This document shows, piece by piece, positions 38,482 through 49,309 of a stretch of DNA of 64,000 bases. Both the position numbers and the translations under genes were made by a program. Source of the stretch: Spirochaetota bacterium (GTDB lineage: Bacteria; Spirochaetota; UBA4802; UBA5550). Numbering within the stretch: position 1 is the stretch's first letter; each line of letters starts with the position of its first letter. The DNA lies in NCBI GenBank assembly GCA_963663865.1, contig OY760686.1:928001-992000 (forward strand). Reading direction: 5' to 3'. The notes under the pieces were generated by a model, which was given only the letters and a program-made list of their open reading frames with translations, had not been told where the DNA came from and ran no database searches.

Positions 38482-39354
38482 TCAGATTTCGATACCGATA
38501 AACTTCTTGATTACAACACCTATTCCAAAGGAGACAGCGGCTACACCGATGCTAATTAAGCTCATTTCCGCGAAGCGTTTTTTAAAGTTCAGATCCTTTG
38601 CCACTGAAATGTAGTAGTTAAACAGAAAGATAATCAGAATGGCATTGAACATTGTGATACCGAGACAGACGAGATAGTTGCTGAAAACCAGATATGGAAA
38701 TATCAGTATAGCGACTGTGACGATGTATGCCGTGCCTGTATAGAGGCTCGATTTAAGCGGGTTTGTTCCGCCGTCCTCGGCCTTTGTAGATAGGTACTCC
38801 GATGCCGCCATCGACAGCGAAGCGGCAATCCCGGTAACGAGACCCGCGAGAGCGATCATTCTTGTGTTGGCAAATGCGAGTGTCAGTCCGGCCAGGGCTC
38901 CTGTCAGCTCCACGAGGGCGTCGTTAAGGCCGAGAACAACAGAGCCGGCGTATTGCAGGCGCTCTTCTTCTATCATTTCGATGAGTTCTTTCTCGTGCTT
39001 TTCTTCATCTTCCGCTATGGCCTTGACGCCGGGTATGAACTCGGCAAGCGAGTCGTAGTCAATCTGAGCCTTATCCTCGTCGCGCTCAAGAAGCTTGACA
39101 CCGAAGGTAAGTCCTAAAATCCTTGAAAGCCAGAAGAAGCGGAAAACCTTAATCATTGAGGGCTTCACTTCCACGCCTGTACGGGAGGCCCAGAAGCGGT
39201 AATGAGAGGCCTCTTCTTCGGATATTCTCTTCAGCAGGGCGCTGTTCGAAGGATCCTTTATTTTGTCTGCCAGACGGGCGTAGATGACGCTTCCGGTAAT
39301 CTCATTCTTCTGAGCCCTGAGCATCTGTTTCTTTAGTGGCCGAGTTATTCCCAT
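38482..39354 (-). CDS. Rubrerythrin-like domain fused to VIT1/CCC1 iron transporter
   Basis: EE.SH and DEEKHE di-iron motifs; VLGLNDALVELTG, SLSMAASEYLS. Confidence 0.9.
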   Translation of the reverse strand: MGITRPLKKQMLRAQKNEITGSVIYARLADKIKDPSNSALLKRISEEEASHYRFWASRTGVEVKPSMIKVFRFFWLSRILGLTFGVKLLERDEDKAQIDYDSLAEFIPGVKAIAEDEEKHEKELIEMIEEERLQYAGSVVLGLNDALVELTGALAGLTLAFANTRMIALAGLVTGIAASLSMAASEYLSTKAEDGGTNPLKSSLYTGTAYIVTVAILIFPYLVFSNYLVCLGITMFNAILIIFLFNYYISVAKDLNFKKRFAEMSLISIGVAAVSFGIGVVIKKFIGIEI

Positions 39355-39365
39355 AATTATAGCTG

Positions 39366-40460
39366 TCAGGCCGATTTGGCCCTGTCCTGTACCATGTTAA
39401 AGAACTCTTCGAAGATGTACTGGGAATCACGAGGCCCGGGACACGCTTCCGGATGGTGCTGCACGGAAAGAATCGGAAGAGTTTTGTGCCTGAGGCCTTC
39501 AACCGTAAGGTCGTTCAGGTTCATGTGGGTCACTTCGATGTCTGTGTTGCTTTTAAGCGATTCATAGTCGGCCGCGAAACCGTGGTTCTGCGAAGATATC
39601 TCAATGTTGCCGCTGGCTGAGTTCTGGACCGGCTGATTGGCTCCTCTGTGGCCGAATTTAAGCTTGTAGGTCTTTCCGCCAAGAGCTAACGCGAGAATCT
39701 GGTGACCGAGGCAGATTCCGAGAGTGGGTATGCCTGCCTTAACTGCTTCCTTCGCCAGGTCTACGCCGTAGGTTACAGCCTCCGGGTCGCCCGGACCGTT
39801 TGAGAGAAACAGCGCGTTGACTCCGTCGTTTAATATGTCCTGGAGCTTTGACTTGGCCGGATACACCCTGACAGCAAAACCGGAAGCATCAAGCAGCCTG
39901 AGAATGTTTCTCTTCACTCCGTAGTCGATAACTCCGACAAGAGGGGAACCCGGCTTTTCGCTGAACACATAGGGCTCCCTGCAGGAAACCCCGCCGGCAA
40001 GGTCAAGGCCCTGCATCGAGGGATGAGCTTTGAGTTTTTCAACGGCGCCTTCGCGATCGAAGAAAATACCTGAGCGCATTGCCCCTTTTTCACGAATGTG
40101 AAGTGTCAGCTTTCGCGTATCCACCCCTTCAATTCCGGGAACCTTTGCCTTTTTAAGGTAGTCCCCGAGAGACTCGGTGGCTCTGTAGTTGGAATAGGTC
40201 TTGCTGTACTCCTTTACGACGAGCCCGGCTGCCTGTATTTTATCTGATTCAACATCATCTGGATTAACACCGTAGTTTCCGATTAACGGATAGGTCATTG
40301 TAATTATTTGACTGTTATAGGACGGGTCTGTGAGAATTTCCTGATAGCCGCTCATGGAAGTGTTGAAAACGGCCTCTCCAAGGGCTTCCCCTTCGTATCC
40401 GAAGCTGGTCCCTTCAAATTCGGTTCCGTCTTCAAGAATGAGGTAGCATTTTTTTGACAT
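39366..40460 (-). CDS. carA: Carbamoyl-phosphate synthase small subunit
   Basis: FNTSMSGYQE.LTDPSY, LSNGPGDP, GICLGHQ, QHHPEA. Confidence 0.98.
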   Translation of the reverse strand: MSKKCYLILEDGTEFEGTSFGYEGEALGEAVFNTSMSGYQEILTDPSYNSQIITMTYPLIGNYGVNPDDVESDKIQAAGLVVKEYSKTYSNYRATESLGDYLKKAKVPGIEGVDTRKLTLHIREKGAMRSGIFFDREGAVEKLKAHPSMQGLDLAGGVSCREPYVFSEKPGSPLVGVIDYGVKRNILRLLDASGFAVRVYPAKSKLQDILNDGVNALFLSNGPGDPEAVTYGVDLAKEAVKAGIPTLGICLGHQILALALGGKTYKLKFGHRGANQPVQNSASGNIEISSQNHGFAADYESLKSNTDIEVTHMNLNDLTVEGLRHKTLPILSVQHHPEACPGPRDSQYIFEEFFNMVQDRAKSA

Positions 40461-40664
40461 AATTACCCCCTGATATTGGAAGGATTACACTTTTAACCCC
40501 CTGATGTTGTCAATATTAATTAACAAAATTATCCCCGGGCGGCAAAAGGATAAATGTGTTGTAATGATAATAACAACGGTTTAAGCTTGCCGGAATGAAA
40601 AGAGCGCCCGGCCGGTGATTTCTCCTCTAAAAAAGGGGAAATTGGTGCAGGGCGATCAGGGAGG

Positions 40665-43286
40665 ATGGTAATGCCAGGATTTACCCGGGCCACATCGGGA
40701 CTGCCCGGCCTTGATGCCGTGCTGAACGGACTGCAGATGGGGGACAATGTTGTCCTGCAGGTTGACGATATTGCTGATTACGCCACGTTCGTGACGCCCT
40801 TTGTAAGCAGCGCGCTCGACAGCGGAAGACGTGTTGTATATATCCGCTTCGCGGGCCACGCCGAGCTTGTTAAGGACAAAAGAGCAAAGGTCTATGTTCT
40901 GGACGCGTCGAGGGGGTTCGAGGCATTTTCCACTGAGGTCCACAATATCGCGACAGAAGAGGGCCGCGGGGTTTTCTACGTCTTTGACTGCCTTTCCTGG
41001 CTGCTCGAGATATGGGCAACAGACCTTATGATCGGGAACTTCTTTGTCATAACCTGCCCCTATCTATTTGAGCTGAACACAATAGCTTATTTCGCGCTTA
41101 AGCGGGGAGATCACTCATTCAAAACAGTCGCCCGCATCAGGGAGACGACCCAGGTTCTTCTCGACGTATACAATAGCCGGAGCAGGCTCTGTGTCCATCC
41201 GCTTAAGGCCTGGAAGAGGTATTCTCCAACCATGTTCATGCCTCACATTATGGAGGGAGAGGCCTTCGTGCCTATACTCAACAGCGCCGAGGCAGCTGAC
41301 TTCTTTTCATATCTGGCGGATAAAAACCTGTCTGACGGGACGCGTAATCTTGACTACTGGGACCGAATCTTCATGAAAGCCTCGCAGATACAGCAGGAAA
41401 AACCTGAAAGCATAGAGGCATCTGAAATGGTAGATGTTCTTCTCCGCGTGATGATTGGACGCGAGGAGAGAATGCTTTCGCTCGCGGAGCGCTTCCTGAC
41501 ACTTGACGACCTTCTTGAAATACGTAAGAGGATGATAGGCACCGGTTTTATAGGAGGCAAGTCGACGGGCATGCTCCTGGCGCGTGCCATATTAAGGAAG
41601 AACAGCGCCTTTAACTGGAATGACCGCATCGAGATACATGACTCATTTTATATCGGCTCCGACATATTCTACTCGTACATAGTTCAGAACGGCTGGTGGC
41701 GGATGCTGATGACGCAGAAGACCGATGAGGGATACTTCGAAACGGCAGCCGAACTCGGCCGTAAAATGCTGACCGGGACATTCCCTGACGAGATAAGAGA
41801 GCAGTTCCAGCTCATGCTCGAGTATTACGGCCAGGCGCCGATTATTGTGCGCTCAAGCTCTCTGCTTGAGGACGCGTTCGGAAACGCCTTCGCGGGGAAG
41901 TACGAGAGCTTTTTTCTTGTAAACCAGGGCTCACCCGAAGAGAGATACGCCGCCTTCGAGGACGCTGTCAGAAAGGTCTACGCCTCGACCATGTCGCGGG
42001 ACGCTCTTGAATACAGGCTGAAAAGGGGCATGGCTCATCACGATGAGCAGATGTCGCTTCTCGTTATGAGGGTTTCTGGCGTTGTCAGAGGTTCGCTCTT
42101 CTATCCCGATATGGCCGGTGTCGGCCTGTCGAGGAATATATTTCTCTGGAGCGGCAAAATGTCTCCCGAAGCGGGAATGATCCGGATTGTATTTGGCCTG
42201 GGGACCCGCGCTGTGAACAGGGTGGAGTCCGATTATCCGCGCATAGCCGCGCTTGACGCGCCTCTTGTCAGGCCCTACAGCGGACTCCATGAGCTGAGCC
42301 GCTATTCCCAGAGACAGGCAGACGTTTTGGATATTGAACGGAACTCGTTTGAGTCAGTTGACTTAAAAGATCTGTTGGCGGGGGGATATGCGCCCGGGTG
42401 GCAGTATATCTTCTCTGTTGATCCGGCAGCGGCAGAGTTTCTCAGATCACGCGGGCGTGGAGACGAAGAAGCCAGGCTTGTAACCTTCGACGGGCTTCTC
42501 GGGGAGACTGATTTTACGGAACTCATGTCGGGCATGATGAAGGAGCTTGAACTCGGATATGGATATCCTGTTGATATTGAGTTTACCGGAAATTTTGCCG
42601 CTGACGGAAGGCTGATGGTTAACCTGCTGCAGTGCCGGCCGTTTCAGGGGACCGGAAATTCCGGGAGCCAGGTGATTCCAGAAAATATCCCGGCGGAGAA
42701 TGTCTTTATCCGCCAGAACGGCAATTTTATGGGAGGCAGCATCTCCAGACGTGTTGACAGGCTGATACTGGTAGACCCGGCCGCCTACTCGGCTTTGAAT
42801 GCCCAGGGAAAGCACGAAGCTGCCAGGGCCATCGGGAGGATCAACCGTCTGTGCGGGTCTCCGGGAGAAATGAACGTGATGCTGGCGGGTCCCGGAAGGT
42901 GGGGAACAACAACGCCGGCTATGGGAGTGCCGGTGAGATTCTCTGAGATCAATAATGTTTCTTTTATCGCGGAGGTTGCCTACAGACATGGCGACCTTGT
43001 TCCTGATTTGTCATACGGGACTCATTTTTTTCAGGATATGGTTGAGATGGAGATATTCTATATGGCCGTTTATCCGGAGGACGGGGAGTGTGAGTACAAT
43101 CTTTCTGTTCTGGAAGGAGTCCCGGATGTTATGGAGAAGCTTCTTCCCGGGGATTCAGCTTTCGCGGATGTAATCAAGGTCTATGATTTTGGCAAGAGCG
43201 GATGTAAGTCTCTGAGGATTGTCTCTGACGCGGTAAAGAGTTCAATGATATGCTTTTTTGAGGAAAACGCAGGGGCGGCATTATGA
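40665..43286 (+). CDS. PEP/pyruvate-binding (ATP-grasp, PPDK_N) domain protein with KaiC-like N-terminus
   Basis: IGGKS.G, VRSSSLLED.FGNAFAGKYES, GLGTRAV, PVDIEF, LLQCRP, GPGRWG, SYGTHFFQD. Confidence 0.85.
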   Translation: MVMPGFTRATSGLPGLDAVLNGLQMGDNVVLQVDDIADYATFVTPFVSSALDSGRRVVYIRFAGHAELVKDKRAKVYVLDASRGFEAFSTEVHNIATEEGRGVFYVFDCLSWLLEIWATDLMIGNFFVITCPYLFELNTIAYFALKRGDHSFKTVARIRETTQVLLDVYNSRSRLCVHPLKAWKRYSPTMFMPHIMEGEAFVPILNSAEAADFFSYLADKNLSDGTRNLDYWDRIFMKASQIQQEKPESIEASEMVDVLLRVMIGREERMLSLAERFLTLDDLLEIRKRMIGTGFIGGKSTGMLLARAILRKNSAFNWNDRIEIHDSFYIGSDIFYSYIVQNGWWRMLMTQKTDEGYFETAAELGRKMLTGTFPDEIREQFQLMLEYYGQAPIIVRSSSLLEDAFGNAFAGKYESFFLVNQGSPEERYAAFEDAVRKVYASTMSRDALEYRLKRGMAHHDEQMSLLVMRVSGVVRGSLFYPDMAGVGLSRNIFLWSGKMSPEAGMIRIVFGLGTRAVNRVESDYPRIAALDAPLVRPYSGLHELSRYSQRQADVLDIERNSFESVDLKDLLAGGYAPGWQYIFSVDPAAAEFLRSRGRGDEEARLVTFDGLLGETDFTELMSGMMKELELGYGYPVDIEFTGNFAADGRLMVNLLQCRPFQGTGNSGSQVIPENIPAENVFIRQNGNFMGGSISRRVDRLILVDPAAYSALNAQGKHEAARAIGRINRLCGSPGEMNVMLAGPGRWGTTTPAMGVPVRFSEINNVSFIAEVAYRHGDLVPDLSYGTHFFQDMVEMEIFYMAVYPEDGECEYNLSVLEGVPDVMEKLLPGDSAFADVIKVYDFGKSGCKSLRIVSDAVKSSMICFFEENAGAAL

Positions 43287-43520
43287 GACGGGGAAAGGCT
43301 GATTGCTGTCTAATCAGTTTTTTAAACCGGCATGGAGACTTATCCTTGACAAAAAATTAACATTAACGAAAAATTCACAGGTAAAGGGTTCTTTTTTACA
43401 TGCGGCGGATCTGTTTTACCGGCACATTAATAAAGCGTTTCAGGCGAAGAAACATTCTTCTGAGGAGTTTGTGCCGATCCGATTTCGACCGGTATACTCA
43501 TAAATAACGAGAATAATCCA

Positions 43521-45818
43521 ATGAACTTTTTCTCTTTTTCAGGATCGGTTAATGATGTCTACTTCATTATCCTGATTATCCTGTTCGCTCTCGCCATTTC
43601 CGATCTGGTTATCGGAGTATCCAACGACGCAGTAAATTTTCTAAATTCCGCGATAGGTTCAAGATCAGGCTCAAGGCGTCTCATACTCTGGGTTGCCGCC
43701 ATGGGGGTTGTCGGGGGGGCAGCATTCTCCGGCGGTATGATGGAGGTTGCCCGCAAGGGGATTTTTAACCCCGGCGCGTTTGTTTTCTCCGAGCTGATGG
43801 TCGTTTTTTTTGCCGTTATGATAACGGATATCGTCCTTCTTGATCTGTTTAACACTCTGGGTTTTCCTACTTCTACAACCGTTTCTATTGTATTCGAGTT
43901 GATGGGGGCCTCCGTTGCGATGGCAACAGTCAAGATTTTCGCTGCCGGAGATTCGCTGAACACAATGGGGACCTACATCAATACCGACAAGGCCCTTGCT
44001 ATTATAGCCGGTATTCTTTCTTCGGTGATTATTGCCTTTACTGTCTCCCTTGTTGTTCAAAAAATTGTGCGTTTCCTGTTTTCATTCAAATTTGAAATCA
44101 GGCTGAAGTATTTCGGATCGCTCTATGCCGGAATAGCGATAGCGGTTATAACGCATTTTATGATTGTAAAGGGAGCCAAGGGCGCGGCCTTTCTGTCAGC
44201 CGAAAAGGCCCAGTTTCTTTATGACAACATGATTGCTATTATGATTTACAGTATTATCGGCTGGACGGTTGTATTGCAGATGCTTAAAAGCCTGTTCAGG
44301 GTTGATGTTCTTAAGGTTGTTGTTTTGACCGGGACCTTCGCGCTTGCGTGGGCATTCGCGAGCAACGACCTTGTAAACTTTATCGGGGTACCTCTTGCCG
44401 GTTTTTCTTCATTTAAAGCCTGGATTGGTTCAGGCGCGGCACCGGAAACTCTGGGCATGGATTTCCTGTCCGGCCCGGTCAATGTTCCTGTCTACATGCT
44501 GCTTGGAGCGGGCCTTATTATGGCGACAACTCTGTTTTATTCAAGAAAAGCTCAGGCTGTTATGAAAACATCCCTTGACCTTTCAAGGCAGTCCGAGGGG
44601 GAAGAGAGGTTCGCCAGCTGGCCGCTGCCCAGAATCATTGTCGGGGTGTGCGTCAAGGGTTACCAGGTTGTTCAGAAGATCATTCCCGACAGGATTGAGC
44701 GCTTTGTTGCCAGACAGTTTGAGCAGCCTCCCGTAGATCAGTGTATTCCGGTTCACGAGAGGCCGGTGTTTGACAAGCTGCGTGCCGCGACGAATCTTCT
44801 TGTCGCGAGTGTCCTTATTTCTATAGGCACATCCTATAAATTGCCTTTATCGACTACATACGTGGTTTTTATGGTCGGAATGGGTACTTCTCTTGCTGAC
44901 AGGGCCTGGGGAAGGGAGTCGGCAGTTTACCGGATTTCGGGCGTATTCGCTGTTATCGGCGGCTGGTTCATGACAGCTCTGATAGCCTTTACCTGCGCGT
45001 TTATAGTAGCGAGGGTTATTGCCTGGGGCGGGTTCGGGGTAATTATGATCCTGTGTGTTGCCGCGCTTTTCCAGCTTGTCAGAACCCAGAGGATTTTCAG
45101 GCGTAAGGAGAAGGCTAAAAAGGTCTATGAAGAGGATGTGCATGAGCCTTTCTTTAACACCCAGAAGGTGCTTCACAGATGCACGGGCAAGACGATTAAG
45201 GCAATTGATTCGGTAATAAAGATATACCAGCTGTGTTTTGACGGATTCATTAACGGGGACAGGCAGATGCTGAAGGAGGCACTTGCCGAAACCGAGGAGT
45301 TCAATATCAGGGCAAAGAAGCAGAAGGACGGAGTTCTCAAGAATATTCACAGGCTGAATGAAGACTGTGTTGACACGGGCCACTTCTATGTTCAGGTCGC
45401 GGATTATCTGAGAGAGATGGCCCATTCAGTCAGGTACCTGGCCGAGCCGATATACAGCCATTATGACAACAGGCACAAGCCATTTACCTCTGAGCAGGCT
45501 GAGAGAATTACCAAGCTGAGAATGGAGCTTGAAGGCTTCTTCACTAAGGCCAGAAGCATTATTGAGTCAGAGGACTTTGATGAGATTGACAACCTCATCG
45601 ACGAGAGAAATGAGATAATTGCCATGCTGAAAGAGCTGGAGAAGATGCAGATAAGGCAGATAAAAAACAATGAGGTTTCCACAAGGAACTCAATGCTTTA
45701 TTTCAATATTGTTACTGAAACAAAGAACATACTGCTTCATCTGACGAATGCAATGAAGTCGCTGAGGGATTTTATTGTGCTGTCACAGTCGGAAATAACC
45801 CACGCTGAAAAAGAATAA
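43521..45818 (+). CDS. Inorganic phosphate transporter (PiT-like) with C-terminal PhoU-like helical domain
   Basis: GVSNDAVNFL, PTSTT, ASNDLVNFIG, PLSTTYV. Confidence 0.85.
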   Translation: MNFFSFSGSVNDVYFIILIILFALAISDLVIGVSNDAVNFLNSAIGSRSGSRRLILWVAAMGVVGGAAFSGGMMEVARKGIFNPGAFVFSELMVVFFAVMITDIVLLDLFNTLGFPTSTTVSIVFELMGASVAMATVKIFAAGDSLNTMGTYINTDKALAIIAGILSSVIIAFTVSLVVQKIVRFLFSFKFEIRLKYFGSLYAGIAIAVITHFMIVKGAKGAAFLSAEKAQFLYDNMIAIMIYSIIGWTVVLQMLKSLFRVDVLKVVVLTGTFALAWAFASNDLVNFIGVPLAGFSSFKAWIGSGAAPETLGMDFLSGPVNVPVYMLLGAGLIMATTLFYSRKAQAVMKTSLDLSRQSEGEERFASWPLPRIIVGVCVKGYQVVQKIIPDRIERFVARQFEQPPVDQCIPVHERPVFDKLRAATNLLVASVLISIGTSYKLPLSTTYVVFMVGMGTSLADRAWGRESAVYRISGVFAVIGGWFMTALIAFTCAFIVARVIAWGGFGVIMILCVAALFQLVRTQRIFRRKEKAKKVYEEDVHEPFFNTQKVLHRCTGKTIKAIDSVIKIYQLCFDGFINGDRQMLKEALAETEEFNIRAKKQKDGVLKNIHRLNEDCVDTGHFYVQVADYLREMAHSVRYLAEPIYSHYDNRHKPFTSEQAERITKLRMELEGFFTKARSIIESEDFDEIDNLIDERNEIIAMLKELEKMQIRQIKNNEVSTRNSMLYFNIVTETKNILLHLTNAMKSLRDFIVLSQSEITHAEKE

Positions 45819-45866
45819 TAAGCAGGGCCGTATCGGATATCAATCTGATACGGCCCTATTGCTTAT
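45818..45866. terminator. Hairpin between the convergent phosphate transporter gene and hisD
   Basis: AGGGCCGTATC...GATACGGCCCT inverted repeat. Confidence 0.7.
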
Positions 45867-45879
45867 CAAGGTATTTTGC

Positions 45880-47175
45880 TTAATCTTCAAACCTGACGTT
45901 TATTGACCCGCCATGCTTGTCGTCAAAGCCCTCGGCTCCGGACATTATATTTACAGGCCCCCGCGCTTCTGAGAGCGCTTCTCGGTTCAGAAGCTGAAAG
46001 GTGGTCCTTCGGATGAAGGTGTCCACCGACGTGCCAGAGCTGAATCTGGCCGCGCCTCCCGTGGGCAGTATGTGGTTTGTTCCCGAGTAGTAGTCGCCGA
46101 CTGAAACCGGAGAATGGTCTCCAAGAAAGAGAGAGCCTACATTCCTTATTCTGTTAAGATATGCCATTGGATTTTTCACGGCGAATTCCATGTGCTCAGG
46201 GGCGTACCTGTTGGAGAACTCAATAGCTGATTCTACGTCAGGCATAACAATGATATCGGAACGCGTAAGGGCCTTCTTTTTTATTTCATGTCTGCCTGCA
46301 CCGGACTCAATATCCTTGATGATTTCTGCCTTTACGGCTTCAGCTTCGCGGATGTCTGTGGTGAGCAGAACAGCGGTTGCCATTTCCTCGTGCTCTGCCT
46401 GTGAAAGCAGGTCCCAGGCAATCCATTTTGGATCGGCTGATCCGTCGGATATTATCAGAACTTCGGAAGGTCCGGCAAGTGAATCAATCTGGATAAGGCC
46501 CAGGCTGAAAAGATATGTCTTTGCCGCTGTGACGTAGATGTTGCCCGGCCCCACTATAATATCCGATGCCGGAATAGTCTCCGTGCCCAGGCCTGCCGCG
46601 GCGATTCCCTGAGCGCCTCCGCTTTTAAGGACACGCGTGACACCGAGCATTTTACAGACCGCGCAGATAATATCAGGAACCATGCCGTCTTTGCCCGGAG
46701 GTGTGATTACGGTGATGTCTTCTGTTCCCGCGATTTTTGCAGGTATAACGCCCATCATCACGGATGAAGGGTAGGATGCCTTTCCTCCGGGAACATATAC
46801 GGCGGCCCGCTCAATGGCCTCGTACTTGACTCCGAGAGTTATTCCGTTTCTGTCGTACTGGATATCTTCCCTCTTTTGTCTTAAGTGGAATTCCTCGATG
46901 TTTTTTGCGGCCGCCGAGAAGGCTGACAGCAGTTCGCCGGGTGTGTTTTGAAAGCCCTTTTCAATTTCATCTGGCGTTGCAGTTATTGAGCTGATATCTA
47001 CACCGTCAAAGCGTGATGTGTACTTTTTTACCGCGCTGTCTCCGTTGCTCTTCACGTCCTGAACGATGGGGGCTACTGTATCTATCATGATTGAGCTGAA
47101 ATCGGTGCCGAAGCGGTTGAACAGACGGTCAAGGTCTGTTTTGTCAAGCTCAGTGTATTTTCTTATTTTGATCAT
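45880..47175 (-). CDS. hisD: Histidinol dehydrogenase
   Basis: YVPGGKASYPSS, GPGNIYV, AGPSE, DLLSQAEH, APEH, GDY.SGTNHILPT. Confidence 0.97.
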   Translation of the reverse strand: MIKIRKYTELDKTDLDRLFNRFGTDFSSIMIDTVAPIVQDVKSNGDSAVKKYTSRFDGVDISSITATPDEIEKGFQNTPGELLSAFSAAAKNIEEFHLRQKREDIQYDRNGITLGVKYEAIERAAVYVPGGKASYPSSVMMGVIPAKIAGTEDITVITPPGKDGMVPDIICAVCKMLGVTRVLKSGGAQGIAAAGLGTETIPASDIIVGPGNIYVTAAKTYLFSLGLIQIDSLAGPSEVLIISDGSADPKWIAWDLLSQAEHEEMATAVLLTTDIREAEAVKAEIIKDIESGAGRHEIKKKALTRSDIIVMPDVESAIEFSNRYAPEHMEFAVKNPMAYLNRIRNVGSLFLGDHSPVSVGDYYSGTNHILPTGGAARFSSGTSVDTFIRRTTFQLLNREALSEARGPVNIMSGAEGFDDKHGGSINVRFED

Positions 47176-47389
47176 AAGGCGCCTCCGATATGTCAGAAAA
47201 ATTCTGTTTAACTTTGATATCCGTCAAGTAGTTTTATTTTGTGTTTGCCGCCCGGCGGGGCGACACGCTTTTTGGCAGGGAGCCTGTTCGTCTGTTTTGG
47301 TACTTTGTTTATTCGGGACGGTCTCGACCGTCCCCTACCTCTGTTTATTATGCGAAGCGCACGTGCTTTTCATTTGCCGCTATGTTGCG

Positions 47390-47666
47390 TGATACACATT
47401 TTTGGAAGGGAGCCTGCATCCATTTTCATGCTGAGAGCGTGGTACTTATTTTGCCGCTTTTTGACCGGCCAAAAAGCGGCGGTAAAAAGCCGTTCCTCAG
47501 GCGCCGGAAAGGCTTAGCTTTTGAAGTTACTCGACCATTGCAGCGCCGTTATCATCATCCTGATGAAACGGCGCCCGGGCGATTTTCATCCGTGAAAATC
47601 GCACTGGTTGAGGTGTTGAAGTAGTGTGCCTGCAGTTTCTTAATTCCGCCATTATGTTCCTGGCGA
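47390..47666. repeat. Structured multi-hairpin repeat, left copy (a partial copy also at 47260-47286)
   Basis: Colinear diverged direct repeat of 54710-54985; several hairpins. Confidence 0.9.
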
Positions 47667-47811
47667 CGCATCGTAGTCGGCCGCGGAAAAGGGGCGAGTC
47701 TGTCTGAGTCTGCCGGTAGGCAGAGGAGTTACGAGCCCTCCGCAGATGACAAGATCAAGAAAGTTTGTTGCTAATACCAGAAAAGAAATACACACTTGCA
47801 TAAAGAGAAAA

Positions 47812-47837
47812 CGTAACCTATGTCCTGAAACTGGACA
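47812..47837 (+). mobile_element. Probable IS481-family terminal inverted-repeat remnant
   Basis: CGTAACCTATGTCCTGAAACTGGACA, ending ACA, resembles IS481-type right ends. Confidence 0.4.
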
Positions 47838-47890
47838 AATTAAATATTGTTTTATTAACAATTTATATCAATAATCACAGGAAAAAAATA

Positions 47891-48619
47891 ATGCGTTTTG
47901 TTACTTATGTTATTTTTATAATACTGGCTATTACATTTATACTTTGCATTACTTCAAATGAAGCAATGAGTCAAAATAATATAAACTATGAAATTGGTAC
48001 CGAATGTGAAGTGCCAACTTTAATTCAATATGGAAATATTATACCGGGATTATTCAGCAATACATTGTATTTAGGTATTTCAAAGAATAGAGAAGATTCT
48101 TCTTCGCATGTATTTATGTTAACTTTTAATACTATGATTTATGAACTTGCAAATGTGAGGACAGAATTCGGATCAAGCAGAGACTGGTCTACTGCTGGAT
48201 TTGGTTGGACACCTGCTAATCTTTATTCGTGCGGATATGTTCTCACTGGACATAAATTAGAAAATAGTATAGTCATATTTTCTCCCGGGTTAGGTTATTC
48301 ATATAGCTTTAAAATTTATCAATTTTTTGAAATTTCATTGGGAATAAATTTTGGGATTTCATATGGTTGTGTAGATAAGCCGGAACTGAAAATTTCAGAA
48401 GATGAAGCTGTTGATAATTACAATAATCGATTAAGAGGATATGAGAAAATGAATGGAGTTAATAATCATTATGGATTCAGGAATAATGAAAAAATAAAAA
48501 TTTCATTTATAACAAACTCAATAAGATTGGGTATTAGCATTGGTTATTCTCATTATGTTTTCAGCCAAAATAATTTCAATTCATATGATATTGGGACTTT
48601 TTATTCAATAGTTTTTTAG
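47891..48619 (+). CDS. AT-rich secreted protein, probable outer-membrane beta-barrel
   Basis: Signal peptide; alternating aromatic beta strands (PGLGYSYSF, ISIGYSHY); C-terminal Phe. Confidence 0.6.
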   Translation: MRFVTYVIFIILAITFILCITSNEAMSQNNINYEIGTECEVPTLIQYGNIIPGLFSNTLYLGISKNREDSSSHVFMLTFNTMIYELANVRTEFGSSRDWSTAGFGWTPANLYSCGYVLTGHKLENSIVIFSPGLGYSYSFKIYQFFEISLGINFGISYGCVDKPELKISEDEAVDNYNNRLRGYEKMNGVNNHYGFRNNEKIKISFITNSIRLGISIGYSHYVFSQNNFNSYDIGTFYSIVF

Positions 48620-48624
48620 TTTAA

Positions 48625-49239
48625 GGGCGGTTTGAAAAACTCAAGAATTAATTGCCAAAATGATTGGGCTAATTTAATGCTGTAATAATTAAATCTGAGT
48701 TTGAGCGAGAATAGACCATGTCAAAACACCGATCACTATTTGAATACGAAGAAAGGATGAATAAGCTGTCAGCGATAGGTGACCCCCTGGAAAAGTTGAA
48801 TGTATTTATTCCATGGGAAGAGATATTTTCTGGAGCTATGGCTAAGATAATTAAGTCAGCCGCCAAAGGTCCAGGCGGTCGTCCTGCGTATAGTTGTGAG
48901 ATGATGCTTAAAGTTCTTATTCTTCAACGTGTGTATAATCTGTCAGATGAGCAGGTTGAATTTCAGGTTAATGATCGTTTGTCATTTCAGAGATTTTTAG
49001 GCTTGGATATCAGTTCTTCCGTGCCAGACTACTCAACGATCTGGAAGTTTAGAGAAAAACTTGTTCACACAAATGCGATAGAAGAGATTTTTAGAAAGTT
49101 GATCAAATATATTGAGAAGCAGGGAATTGTGATGAAGAGCGGATCAATTGTTGACGCGACTTTTGTTGAGGTACCCCGGCAGAGGAATAGCCGTGAAGAC
49201 AACGAAAAGATAAAGAATGACGAGATACCATCTGACTGG
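48625..49239 (+). mobile_element. IS5-family element, left part only
   Basis: TTAA followed by the IR-like GGGCGGTTTGAAAAACT, then the transposase 5' half; cut by the IS3 element. Confidence 0.8.
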
Positions 49240-49242
49240 TGA
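48718..49242 (+). pseudogene. IS5-family transposase, truncated
   Basis: GGRPAY, LQRVYNLSD.QVE..DRLSF.RFLGL, PDYSTIW.FRE, IVDAT; ends at the IS3 left end. Confidence 0.92.
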
Positions 49243-49309
49243 ACCTACCCCGAAAAAGTGGACACGAAGTTAGGCGAATTTAACGATAATAAACTTAACG
49301 GAGAAACCC

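Noticed and set aside
47239-47861. ORFs of 69-127 aa overlapping the left repeat (and similar ORFs at 50453-51353 and 54290-55094)
   Set aside because: They are translations of palindromic repeats; frames and stops differ between copies and there is no RBS
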